The notes beneath the pieces were generated by a model. The model was not told where the DNA came from and ran no database searches. It worked only from the letters and a program-made list of their open reading frames with translations. This document shows positions 18,880-27,694 of a stretch of 32,000 nucleotides of DNA, in pieces (positions within the stretch are counted from its first letter, which is position 1; every line of letters starts with the position of its first letter). A program made the translations under genes and the position numbers. Source of the DNA: Desulfotalea psychrophila LSv54 (GTDB taxonomy: Bacteria > Desulfobacterota > Desulfobulbia > Desulfobulbales > Desulfocapsaceae); the NCBI RefSeq assembly GCF_000025945.1, contig NC_006138.1, forward strand, positions 2,040,001-2,072,000, read 5' to 3'.

Positions 18880-18951
18880 CCCTCCGTTACTGACAGATGA
18901 TATTGGCAGAAACCTCAACCTGCATGCAGGGTGTAGATAAAGGCAAATATA

Positions 18952-20454
18952 ATGATTGTTGACAACGATTTACTCTCCGTTCAAGAGGCCAGAATTCTGG
19001 TTGAGGATGCTTTTGAAGCCCAAAAGAAATTGGCAACATTCTCCCAGGAAAAGCTGGATGAGATTGTTGAAGGTATGACCCGGGCTGTTGAAGGTCAGCT
19101 TCGGGATCTTGCCCAGATGTCTCAAGAAGAAACCGAAATTGGCAAATGGCAGGACAAGCATATCAAGAACAGCTTTGTCTGTAGCTATAGCCGTAGCCAT
19201 CTGCGCTATATGCACTGTGTTGGTGTTATTGGTGAAGACCCGATGAACGCCATCACCGAGATAGGGGTCCCCATTGGGGTTATTGTATCCACCTGCCCTG
19301 AGACAAGCCCTGTCTCTACAGCTATATATAATACACTTATTGCCATTAAGTCCGGCAATGCCATCATCTTCTCTCCCCATCCCAGAGCCCGACAGAGTAT
19401 TGGCAAAACCCTGGATATTATGAGAGAGGCGGCTCAGGCCCATGGGCTTCCCGAGGGCTGTCTGGCTTATTTGCAGACCGTAGATCATAGTGGTCTTCTG
19501 GAGTTGATGAACCATGACTGCACCTCACTTCTTCTTATTGGTGGAGATGAAATCTTACTGCAGACCGCAGCTGGCACAGGTAAAACCATCATCTATGGTG
19601 GTACCGGAAACGGACCGGCCTTTATAGAACGCTCGGCCGATATTGAACAGGCGGCACGAGATATCATTGCCAGCAAATCCTTTGATAATGGTATTGCCCC
19701 GGCGGCAGAACAGTCTCTGGTGGTGGATGCTCCGGTGGCAGAAGATGTACGTCGGGCAATGAAGAGAAATGGGGCATATTTTATGTCCGAGCAGGAGGCT
19801 AGTCAGCTCGTTCAGATATTTTTTACCTCCGCCGGCAAGCATAAAAAGGGAGTTGTTGGTATCTCGGCTCAGAGGCTTGCCCAACGGGCCGGTTTTATCG
19901 TGCCTGCAGACGTGACCCTCCTCGTGGCTGAGCGTAAATATGTCTCCGAAGCCGATCCCTACTATCGTGCCTTTCTTGCCCCCGTTCTTGCCATGTATGT
20001 GGAAGAGGACTGGATGGATGCCTGTGAAAAATGTATAGAACTTCTTCTCTATGAGAAAAAGGCCCACTCTCTGGTTATTCACTCTTGCAATAAAGAGATT
20101 ATTCATCAGTTCGCCCTGAAAAAACCGGTGGCCAGACTCTTGGTGAACACCCCGGGAGCCTTTGGTGGCATGGGTGCAACGACCAACCTCTTTCCCTCTA
20201 TGATGCTGGGAAGCTCCTCCGCTGGACACGGTGTTACCTCTGACAATGTCTCACCCTTAAATCTTATCTATAGGAGAAAGGTGGGCTATCAGGTCAGAAG
20301 TATGGAGGAAGTAAAAAAAACAATAATGGTCGAGGAACCCCTTCGCCATGTGAGCAGTACCCCGATAGAAAGTAATGATTCAGTGACGGTGGAGGTAATA
20401 CATCAAATCCTGAAGAAGGCGATTAAGACCATAAATGACCCCGCCGCTCATTGA
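18952..20454 (+). CDS. AdhE-type (CoA-acylating) aldehyde dehydrogenase homologue, apparently lacking the catalytic Cys and Asn; C-terminal amphipathic helix
   Basis: Aligns along its length with the AdhE N-terminal domain (NAIIFSPHPRAR, GGTGNGPAFIERSADI). The active-site block reads SKSFDNGIAPAAEQS where AdhE has SKTFDNGVICASEQS. TNPTST is replaced by TSPVST. Confidence 0.8.
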   Translation: MIVDNDLLSVQEARILVEDAFEAQKKLATFSQEKLDEIVEGMTRAVEGQLRDLAQMSQEETEIGKWQDKHIKNSFVCSYSRSHLRYMHCVGVIGEDPMNAITEIGVPIGVIVSTCPETSPVSTAIYNTLIAIKSGNAIIFSPHPRARQSIGKTLDIMREAAQAHGLPEGCLAYLQTVDHSGLLELMNHDCTSLLLIGGDEILLQTAAGTGKTIIYGGTGNGPAFIERSADIEQAARDIIASKSFDNGIAPAAEQSLVVDAPVAEDVRRAMKRNGAYFMSEQEASQLVQIFFTSAGKHKKGVVGISAQRLAQRAGFIVPADVTLLVAERKYVSEADPYYRAFLAPVLAMYVEEDWMDACEKCIELLLYEKKAHSLVIHSCNKEIIHQFALKKPVARLLVNTPGAFGGMGATTNLFPSMMLGSSSAGHGVTSDNVSPLNLIYRRKVGYQVRSMEEVKKTIMVEEPLRHVSSTPIESNDSVTVEVIHQILKKAIKTINDPAAH

Positions 20455-20478
20455 TATCCCTTAGATGGAGGAAGCAAA

Positions 20479-23019
20479 TTGGATCTTCAAAGTTTTTCTG
20501 AAAAACTCATAGTAGCAACCAAAAACCTTAATGCTGCGGAGCGCGCCTCCCTGAAAAAGATCTTCGATGGTGATTCCACCGAGATTGCAGAGGACAAGAA
20601 TGTGCCATCGGCTCATCTCTCTGTAGACCCATGTGCTATACCCAATGGGCCTACTGATCGACATATAAAGCTTAAGAAAAAATTCCTTACTCACGTGCCC
20701 ACCATCACCACCCATCGGGCTCGGGCCATCACCAAGATTGCTCAGGAAAACCCAGGATTGCCCAAGGCTATTCTGCGCGGTAAATCCTTTAAGTACTGTT
20801 GTGAAACGGCACCCCTGGTAATCCAGGATAATGAGCTCATCGTTGGTTCTCCCTGCGGTGCTCCCCGGGCCGGTGCCTTCTCGCCAGATATCGCTTGGCG
20901 CTGGGTTAAGGATGAACTTGATACCATCGGCACTCGTCCTCAGGATCCCTTCTTTATCTCCGAAGAGGATAAAAAGATCATGCGCGAAGAGCTCTTCCCC
21001 TTCTGGGAAGGCCGATCCATTGATGAGTATTGTGAGCAGCAGTACCGCGAAGCGGGTATGTGGGAACTCTCCGGTGAATCCTATGTTACCGATTGCTCTT
21101 ATCACGCCACAAATGGCGGTGGTGATTCTAATCCTGGCTACGATGTAATCCTGATGAAAAAGGGTATGCTTGATATCGTCAGGGAGTCTCAGGAGAAGTT
21201 GGCCGAACTGGATTATGAAAATCCCGATGATATGGATAAGATCTATTTTTATAAGTCTCTTATCGATACCGCAGAAGGGGTAATGATCTACGCCAAGCGT
21301 CTCTCTGACTATGCGGCCCAATTGGCAGCCAGTGAGAAAGATCCCCAGCGTAAGGCAGAACTTGAGAAGATCTCAGCTGTAAACGCCCGGGTTCCTGCTC
21401 ATAAGCCCGAGACCTATTGGGAGGCTATTCAGGCAGTCTGGACCGTTGAATCTCTTCTTATCGTTGAAGAGAATCAGACAGGCATGTCCATTGGTCGTGT
21501 TGATCAGTATATGTACCCATTTTATAAGGCAGATATTGAAGCAGGACGCATGACCGAGTATGAGGCCTTTGATCTCTCCGGTTGTCTGCTGGTGAAATGT
21601 TCCGAGATGATGTGGATCACCAGTGAGGATGCCTCCAAGTTCTTCGCTGGCTATCAACCCTTCGTCAATATGTGCCTGGGCGGGGTGACCCGCGAGGGTC
21701 TTGATGCCACCAATGATCTTACCTACCTCCTTATGGATGCCGTTCGTCATGTTAAGGTTTATCAACCCTCTGTGTCCACCCGTGTTCATAACCAATCTCC
21801 TCAGAAGTATCTGAAGAAGATTGTGGATGTGATTCGTGCCGGCATGGGCTTTCCCGCCATCCACTTCGACGATGCCCATATTAAGATAATGCTGGCCAAG
21901 GGCTGCTCCATTGAAGATTCCCGTGATTATTGCCTCATGGGTTGCGTAGAGCCTCAGAAGTCTGGTCGTCTCTATCAGTGGACTTCCACCGCCTACACCC
22001 AGTGGCCCATCTGTATTGAGATGGCTCTCAACCACGGAGTGCCTCTCTGGTACGGCAAGCAGGTCTGTCCTGATCTTGGCGCCCTGGAGTCCTTTGATAC
22101 CTATGAGAAATTTGACGCGGCCGTTAAGGAGCAGATCAAGTATGTGACCAAGTGGACCAGTGTCGGTACCGTTATTTCCCAACGCATTCACCGGGATCTG
22201 GCTCCTAAACCTCTTATGTCTATGATGTACGAGGGTTGTATGGAGTCCGGTAAAGATGTCTCGGCAGGCGGTGCTATGTATAACTTTGGCCCCGGTGTTG
22301 TCTGGAGTGGCCTTGCCACCCATGCCGACTCCATGGCAGCTATTAAAAAACTGGTCTTTGATGACAAGAAGTACAGCTTGACCCAGCTTAATGAAGCCCT
22401 AAAGGCCGAGTTTAAGGGCTATGACCAGCTGAAGGCCGATTGTCTTGCCGCTCCTAAGTTTGGTAACGATGACGATTACGCTGATCTTATCGTTAATGAT
22501 CTGGTGAACTTCACCGAGCGGGAGCATCGTAAGTTTAAGACCCTCTATTCGGTTTTGAGCCATGGTACCCTCTCCATCTCTAATAATACGCCATTTGGTC
22601 AACTCCTTGGTGCTTCAGCCAATGGTCGTGATGCCTGGATGCCCCTCTCCGATGGTATCAGCCCTACCCAGGGTGCTGACTTTAAGGGGCCCACCGCCAT
22701 CATTAAGTCCGTATCGAAAATGCCCACCGATAGCATGAACATCGGTATGGTGCATAACTTCAAGCTGATGTCCGGTCTTTTGGATACACCCGAAGGTGAG
22801 AACGGTATCATCACCCTGATCCGTACTGCCAGTATGATGGGTAACGGTGAGATGCAGTTTAACTATCTCGATAATGACACCCTGCTTGATGCTCAGTTAC
22901 ATCCTGAAAAGTATCGTGATCTGGTGGTTCGGGTTGCCGGTTACAGTGCCTTTTTTGTTGAGCTGTGCAAGGATGTACAGGATGAAATTATCAGCAGAAC
23001 CATGTTGACTGAAATTTAG
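20479..23019 (+). CDS. cutC: Choline trimethylamine-lyase (glycyl radical enzyme), TTG start
   Basis: 846 aa. RVAGYSAFF puts the radical Gly at residue 821; GCVEP gives C489/E491. By my own residue count, Y208, D216, F395, T502 and Y506 fall at the numbering I recall for the Desulfovibrio alaskensis CutC choline pocket. RBS GGAGGAAG. Confidence 0.93.
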   Translation: MDLQSFSEKLIVATKNLNAAERASLKKIFDGDSTEIAEDKNVPSAHLSVDPCAIPNGPTDRHIKLKKKFLTHVPTITTHRARAITKIAQENPGLPKAILRGKSFKYCCETAPLVIQDNELIVGSPCGAPRAGAFSPDIAWRWVKDELDTIGTRPQDPFFISEEDKKIMREELFPFWEGRSIDEYCEQQYREAGMWELSGESYVTDCSYHATNGGGDSNPGYDVILMKKGMLDIVRESQEKLAELDYENPDDMDKIYFYKSLIDTAEGVMIYAKRLSDYAAQLAASEKDPQRKAELEKISAVNARVPAHKPETYWEAIQAVWTVESLLIVEENQTGMSIGRVDQYMYPFYKADIEAGRMTEYEAFDLSGCLLVKCSEMMWITSEDASKFFAGYQPFVNMCLGGVTREGLDATNDLTYLLMDAVRHVKVYQPSVSTRVHNQSPQKYLKKIVDVIRAGMGFPAIHFDDAHIKIMLAKGCSIEDSRDYCLMGCVEPQKSGRLYQWTSTAYTQWPICIEMALNHGVPLWYGKQVCPDLGALESFDTYEKFDAAVKEQIKYVTKWTSVGTVISQRIHRDLAPKPLMSMMYEGCMESGKDVSAGGAMYNFGPGVVWSGLATHADSMAAIKKLVFDDKKYSLTQLNEALKAEFKGYDQLKADCLAAPKFGNDDDYADLIVNDLVNFTEREHRKFKTLYSVLSHGTLSISNNTPFGQLLGASANGRDAWMPLSDGISPTQGADFKGPTAIIKSVSKMPTDSMNIGMVHNFKLMSGLLDTPEGENGIITLIRTASMMGNGEMQFNYLDNDTLLDAQLHPEKYRDLVVRVAGYSAFFVELCKDVQDEIISRTMLTEI

Positions 23020-23067
23020 GCTTTTATCCCCTCTTAGGGCAGATATTTAAGACGAAGAGAGTGTATC

Positions 23068-24000
23068 GTGGCAGAAAGAAAAGCACATATATTTAATATC
23101 CAAAAGTATAATATGTACGATGGCCCCGGGGTGAGAACCCTGGTCTTTTTCAAAGGGTGCCCTCTTCGTTGCCTGTGGTGCTCGAATCCCGAAGGACAAC
23201 TGCGCCAGCCTCAGGTTTTGCTGAAGCAGGATCGCTGTATTGACTGCGGTGACTGTGTCCCGGTTTGTCCCGTTGGCATTCATCGTCTCCTGCCTGGTAG
23301 TAAAAAGCATGAGATAAATCAGAAGATAGAGTGCATAGGCTGTGGGAAGTGTGAGGCGGCTTGCAAGCAGGGGGCCCTTGCCATCACCGGTGGTTTGCAG
23401 ACTATCTCTCAGTTGCTTGAGGTGATTGAAGAGGATAGGCCCTTCTACGAGATGTCTGGTGGAGGGGTTACCCTTGGCGGAGGTGAGGTGTTGATGCAAC
23501 CGAAGGCTGCGGCAAGTCTTTTGATGAGCTGTAAGCAGAGGGGAATTAATACCGCCATTGAAACCTGTGGCTATGCCCGTCCCGAGGTGATCAAGAGTGT
23601 TGCGGAGTTTACAGATCTCTTTCTTTTTGATATCAAACATATGAACTCGGAAAGACACCGCGAACTGACCGGGGTGCGTAATGAGCTTATTCTCAGCAAT
23701 GTCCAGTGGCTTCTGGAAAACCGATTTAACGTCCGGATCAGGGTACCGGTTCTGAGAGGAGTTAATGACGGTGAGACGGAACTGGCTCAGCTGATAGATT
23801 TTCTCCGGCCATATCTTGGCTTGAAGAATTTCAAGGGAGTTGATATTCTCCCCTATCATAAAATGGGTGTTAATAAATACAGGCAGTTGGGCTGGGACTA
23901 TCCCATCGAGGGTCCCGTTGAACTAAATACTGCTGATCTGGAACGTATTGAGAGCTATTTTAAACTAAATAATTTTCCGGTATCGGTGATTCAGCACTGA
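23068..24000 (+). CDS. cutD: Glycyl-radical enzyme activating enzyme (radical SAM), GTG start
   Basis: GPGVRTLVFFKGCPLRCLWCSNPE (CX3CX2C), plus two ferredoxin-like motifs CIDCGDCVPVCP and CIGCGKCEAAC. Lies immediately downstream of cutC. Confidence 0.9.
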   Translation: MAERKAHIFNIQKYNMYDGPGVRTLVFFKGCPLRCLWCSNPEGQLRQPQVLLKQDRCIDCGDCVPVCPVGIHRLLPGSKKHEINQKIECIGCGKCEAACKQGALAITGGLQTISQLLEVIEEDRPFYEMSGGGVTLGGGEVLMQPKAAASLLMSCKQRGINTAIETCGYARPEVIKSVAEFTDLFLFDIKHMNSERHRELTGVRNELILSNVQWLLENRFNVRIRVPVLRGVNDGETELAQLIDFLRPYLGLKNFKGVDILPYHKMGVNKYRQLGWDYPIEGPVELNTADLERIESYFKLNNFPVSVIQH

Positions 24001-24039
24001 TGTCAGGGCTGACCTTATCTGTTGCAAAATAGGGGAAAT

Positions 24040-24609
24040 ATGAAGAAGAATCAGGAAATTGATACATTAGGTGTTGTTGAGTCAGCAACCATTGCTGCCG
24101 GGGTGGCCCTGACGGACACCATGTTAAAGGTTGCCGATGTTGAGTTGCTTCAGGCCACGACCATCTGCTCCGGTAGATATATGATCTATATTTCCGGCGA
24201 TTGTGCTGCGGTTACTGCTGCGGTTCAGGCAGCAGAAGGGTCGGGGCGTAAAATACTCGGTAGCTATGTCCTCTCAAACGTTTCCCCTGAACTGGTCAGC
24301 TTTTTGCGTAAGGGGACCGTCGTTAAAGAGGTTGAATCCCTAGCCGTTGTTGAATGCCGCAATGTCTCTTCTGGCATTGCCGCCGCCGATAAGGCCCTGA
24401 AGAGTTCCGCAGTCTGTTTGGCTCGACTGGTTACAGGTCAGGGGATTAACGGTAAATCGTATTTTGTTATCAGCGGAGATGTTGCCTCCGTTGGAGAAGC
24501 GGCAAAGGTCGCAGAGTCCGTTTTGGGCAAAAATCTTATCGAGGTAGTTATTATCCCCCAACCCCACGCCTCGGTGGTAAGGTCTCTGGTAAAAGGGGTG
24601 AGGTTATAG
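24040..24609 (+). CDS. PduT-like tandem BMC shell protein
   Basis: Aligns with PduT as I recall it (LGVVE.., TTICSGRYMIYISGD retaining the pore Cys, second domain LAVVECRNVSSGIAAADKALKSS.., VIIPQPH). ATG 24040 with RBS AGGGG is preferred over the TTG 24022 in the ORF track. Confidence 0.85.
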   Translation: MKKNQEIDTLGVVESATIAAGVALTDTMLKVADVELLQATTICSGRYMIYISGDCAAVTAAVQAAEGSGRKILGSYVLSNVSPELVSFLRKGTVVKEVESLAVVECRNVSSGIAAADKALKSSAVCLARLVTGQGINGKSYFVISGDVASVGEAAKVAESVLGKNLIEVVIIPQPHASVVRSLVKGVRL

Positions 24610-24969
24610 ATGAAGAAAAAACTTGTTGAAGCGAGCAATGTAGAGTCCTATCTGTGCGAAAATGGCACTAAGATTTATATTGATAAGAGCATGGTCTTAA
24701 CTCCGGGCGCCCGAGATGTATTGAATGGCAGAAGAGTTGAATTTATCTATGGAGAGCGGCCGGGCTCTGAAGGCTCTCTTGCGACGATCCTGAAGGGCTG
24801 TGCCTCAGCAAATGCCTTTTCGGCAGTTGCCGGCAATGAAAATGGCGATTATGAAAAGTTTGTCCTGGGTATAGGGGCAATGCTTAAAGACTCTTATGGG
24901 ATTGTCGATCCTGCTGAGCGGAAGAGATACACCAAGAGGGCCATCCAGATAATCAAAGAGAATATCTAG
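24610..24969 (+). CDS. 119-aa protein of unknown function embedded in the BMC operon
   Basis: ATG directly follows the PduT-like TAG, with RBS GGTGAGG. The N-terminal ..KSMVLTPGARDVLNGRRVEF resembles a short motif I recall from several BMC-associated proteins. No confident family call, and it is not EutN-like. Confidence 0.45.
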   Translation: MKKKLVEASNVESYLCENGTKIYIDKSMVLTPGARDVLNGRRVEFIYGERPGSEGSLATILKGCASANAFSAVAGNENGDYEKFVLGIGAMLKDSYGIVDPAERKRYTKRAIQIIKENI

Positions 24970-25031
24970 GCCTCTTTTGTCGTTGATGCAAAAAGAGACA
25001 ATTGCCCATTTAAAAGTGAAAACAGCCAGCC

Positions 25032-25391
25032 ATGTCTGAAATATCAAGAGAGCCAAAACAGCGAATTATTCAAGAGTATGTCCCGGGAAAGCAGATCAGC
25101 CTTGCCCATCTCATTGCCAGCCCCGATAAGAGCATCTATCTTAAACTGGGCTTGGATGAGGAGGCCAGCGGGGCCCTTGGGGTACTGACCATAACCCCGA
25201 GCGAGGGGGTTATCGTTGCCTCGGATATTGCCACCAAGGCGGCCTCTGTTGAGATTGGCTTTCTTGATAGGTTTGGCGGTTCACTTCTCCTCCTCGGTGA
25301 TGTGGGTGGTGTCGATGCTGCCCTGCAGGCGGTTTTGGATTATTTTGGTAATACCCTGCACTATTCGGTGGTGGAGATGACCCGGACCTAA
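25032..25391 (+). CDS. PduU/EutS-type (circularly permuted) BMC shell protein
   Basis: [74 protein letters not shown] matches the PduU sequence I recall ([53 protein letters not shown]). Confidence 0.88.
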   Translation: [119 protein letters not shown]

Positions 25392-25476
25392 GAGTCTGTT
25401 ACAAAATAAGATGGCCCGAAGCTGAGATGCAAGATGTTCATGTTATTTTTGCCAGGCCCTAGGGGTTAGAATCACA

Positions 25477-25897
25477 ATGAAAAAAATGATGCTGATAGGC
25501 GAGACTCATGCCGGTAAGAGTTCTCTGATCAAGGCCCTCTCCGGGCAGGAGTTTCAGCCTCGCAGGGCCATGGCCCTGCAGTACTTTGGCCCCTTTATCA
25601 ACACTCCGGGAGAGTTTATAGAAAACCACTTTTTCTTTCCCGCCCTGATAACCACCTCGGCTGACTGTCATGTCCTGGCCATGGTTCAGGATGCAAGTAG
25701 CCGGAGCAGTCTCTTTCCACCCCTCTTGCCTCGATGTTCAACCGCAGGGGGTCGGGCTGATCACCAAGATTGACAGTCCCCATGCCAATGTCGAGCGAGC
25801 CAAACTCTTCTTAAAAAACGCCGGTATCAAAGAGACTCTCTGCTGTAGCAGTATAACGGGGGCCGGATTGGAAGAGATTCGTCAGCTGATCCAGTAG
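25477..25897 (+). pseudogene. EutP/PduV-family small GTPase, interrupted by two apparent 1-nt frameshifts at homopolymers
   Basis: P-loop MLIGETHAGKSSL and INTPGEF are in frame 1. LASMFNRR is in a second frame and VGLITKID..GAGLEEIRQLIQ* in the third. The switches coincide with C4 (25720-25723) and G5 (25747-25751). Adding one base to each gives a 140-aa EutP-like protein. Confidence 0.72.
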
Positions 25898-25906
25898 TCC
25901 TTCCTT

Positions 25907-25944
25907 CCCTCGGTAGTTAGCACTACCCTTTCCACTACAGAGGG
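25907..25944 (+). terminator. Alternative hairpins just after eutP/pduV (possible operon terminator)
   Basis: GGTAGT-tagc-ACTACC (25912-25927), or the outer CCCTCGGTAG...CTACAGAGGG. The following T-tract is weak. Confidence 0.3.
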
Positions 25945-26051
25945 CTTGCGGTGGAGCCTATCTCGGTGGCGCTCTTATCGCCCACGCCTGCGTCCTCCCT
26001 CTTCTTTGCCCACTGCGCCTGTTTCTAATTGTTTGATTAAAATGACAGCCA

Positions 26052-26148
26052 TTTTGTCACAGAAAATGTAACAACTTAAATCAATAATATTAATTAATTA
26101 TACCAGTTCGACGTTTTTTTCTGATAAAGAAAGTGTAATAATTTTTAT
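26052..26148. repeat. ~97-bp direct repeat, copy A (downstream of the Fic gene)
   Basis: 41 of 43 nt identical to 27522-27564, then a 17-nt divergent core of equal length, then cgtttttttctgataaagaaa identical and a partly matching tail. The offset is a constant 1470 nt. Confidence 0.9.
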
Positions 26149-26388
26149 CTTGGCTAAGAGGCTATCGGCTGTAGAGGTTCCTAGCTTTTTTCTAGCGAGG
26201 TGAGAGCTGTTCTCTGGCCTCTGCCACTTTCTTGAGAGAAGGGTGCTGAGACGGTATTTTCTTTATTTCACATATAATATCGACGTATGCTGAAAATCTA
26301 ATGGCACCAATGTTATTTGTAATGACCCTTACCTGTGGTGCAGTTGCTGTATGTGGCGCTTCCGGCTGAACCTCTTTCCTTCCTCTAC

Positions 26389-27510
26389 TTAACCTAGAGC
26401 TCGATAGTTGAGTTCATATTTCTTGGCATCATCTTCCTTAAGAAGATTCTTTTCTAACAGTTTTTTGATATCCCTTCTGGCTGTCTGTTCGCTCGCCTTT
26501 TGGTAGAGAATTTTAAAGGGATAGTTGTCCATCAGGTCTTTAAGGGTAAAGGCAATGGGATTATCCAGCAGTAAAGAGAGCAGGGCAAACTGTCTTTTGC
26601 TTATTGCCCTGTTTTTCTGTTCATGGGTGTAAAAATCTCTTAGGGCAAATCTTCTGATCAGAAAGGTTATTGACTCTTTTATATCCATGAGGCTTTCCAC
26701 TACCCCTTCAAGCATAAACTGGATAAAGGGGGTGACATCTTTTCTGTTTTTAATGCTTTTGGAAAATGCTGCATAGTAATCATCTACATTTCGATAGTAG
26801 TAGTTTGAGAGTTCTTTCGGAACGTATTTTATATTGGCAGAATGGAGAAGGCATGATTCAAGAAATCTGGCAGTTCTGCCATTGCCATCCCAAAAAGGAT
26901 GGATGAGGCAGAGATGATAATGGGCCAGTGCTGCCCTGAGAAAGGGGTTGAGACCTAAAATTTCTTCGCTGTTGAGCCAGGCCACGAACTCTTTCATGAG
27001 CATTTTTACATCTGCCAGTATTTTAGGTGGTCTGTATACGCCACCGTGCCCTTTGTCGCCGACAATAACCTCACCATTTCTATAGGCCCCTGGAATATTG
27101 TACTCATGTGGAATTTCCGTGGTAATGATCCTATGCATGGTTTTGATAAAATCTTCACTAACAATCAGGGGGCCATTTTGAGGCTCCATCTCCGAGAGTA
27201 TCTGGTATAGGGAGAGTAGGTTTTTGATCTCCTGCTTATCCTTTTGGGTGTAGAGAGGCATCTCTTCACCGGCCGCGATCTTTTTGACCCCCTCCTCTTC
27301 AATGGGATTTCCCTCAATCATGGCTGTTCCGGAAATAGAGCTATACATGATCTTTGGATCCAGCCTTGCCGACATTCCGGGAAGAATTGGCAGATCCGTG
27401 ACGGTCTCATAGAGCAGATTGGCCTTAAAGAGCAGGTTATCGACTATGACCATCTCTGTTTCGTGGCAAAAATAAAACTTCCCTGATTTATAGGTTAAAA
27501 TGTCTTTCAT
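26389..27510 (-). CDS. Fic-family protein (class II auto-inhibited type) with a C-terminal winged-helix-like domain
   Basis: HPFWDGNGRTAR Fic motif (26866-26901). N-terminal inhibitory-type motif TAMIEG, i.e. [S/T]xxxE[G/N], at 27310-27327. Start chosen at MKDILTYK (27510, RBS GAGAGGG). The longer ORF-track N-terminus runs through the repeat/promoter. Confidence 0.85.
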   Translation of the reverse strand: MKDILTYKSGKFYFCHETEMVIVDNLLFKANLLYETVTDLPILPGMSARLDPKIMYSSISGTAMIEGNPIEEEGVKKIAAGEEMPLYTQKDKQEIKNLLSLYQILSEMEPQNGPLIVSEDFIKTMHRIITTEIPHEYNIPGAYRNGEVIVGDKGHGGVYRPPKILADVKMLMKEFVAWLNSEEILGLNPFLRAALAHYHLCLIHPFWDGNGRTARFLESCLLHSANIKYVPKELSNYYYRNVDDYYAAFSKSIKNRKDVTPFIQFMLEGVVESLMDIKESITFLIRRFALRDFYTHEQKNRAISKRQFALLSLLLDNPIAFTLKDLMDNYPFKILYQKASEQTARRDIKKLLEKNLLKEDDAKKYELNYRALG

Positions 27511-27521
27511 TTTGCCCTCTC

Positions 27522-27618
27522 TTTTGTCATAGAAAATGTAACAACTTAAATCAATTATATTAATAGCTTGCAGTGTGCCGGCGTTTTTTTCTGATAAAGA
27601 AAATGTAACAACTTTCGT
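27522..27618. repeat. ~97-bp direct repeat, copy B (Fic promoter/operator region)
   Basis: Contains two identical 17-nt boxes AGAAAATGTAACAACTT (27531-27547 and 27598-27614). On the Fic strand a TTGATT-17-TATGAC promoter overlaps box 1. Confidence 0.9.
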
Positions 27619-27677
27619 CATGAAAGTAATCATCTTTTTTGTCCCCTCCTCGTAGCACTCGAATTTATCTTGGGAGC

Positions 27678-27694
27678 GCGGACGTCTCGTCCGC
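27678..27694. repeat. GC-rich perfect hairpin GCGGACG-tct-CGTCCGC
   Basis: 7-bp perfect stem in an intergenic segment upstream of Fic. Single copy in this window. Confidence 0.5.

Noticed and set aside
25916-25921. GTTAGC just after eutP as the left (R'-derived) boundary matching the R'' box AGCTAAC at 30771. That would make 25917-30822 a single ~4.9-kb integron-type insertion.
   Set aside because: The hexamer is the loop and arm of a simple GGTAGT-tagc-ACTACC hairpin that works as an operon terminator. A 6-nt match is not significant, and a 4.9-kb multi-orientation cassette would be atypical. I kept it only as something to test with an attC model.
25930-26050. Possible tRNA or tRNA fragment, as an island integration target, in the GC-rich stretch after eutP.
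   Set aside because: I could not find acceptor, D or T-arm pairings or a GTTCRANNC-type T-loop.
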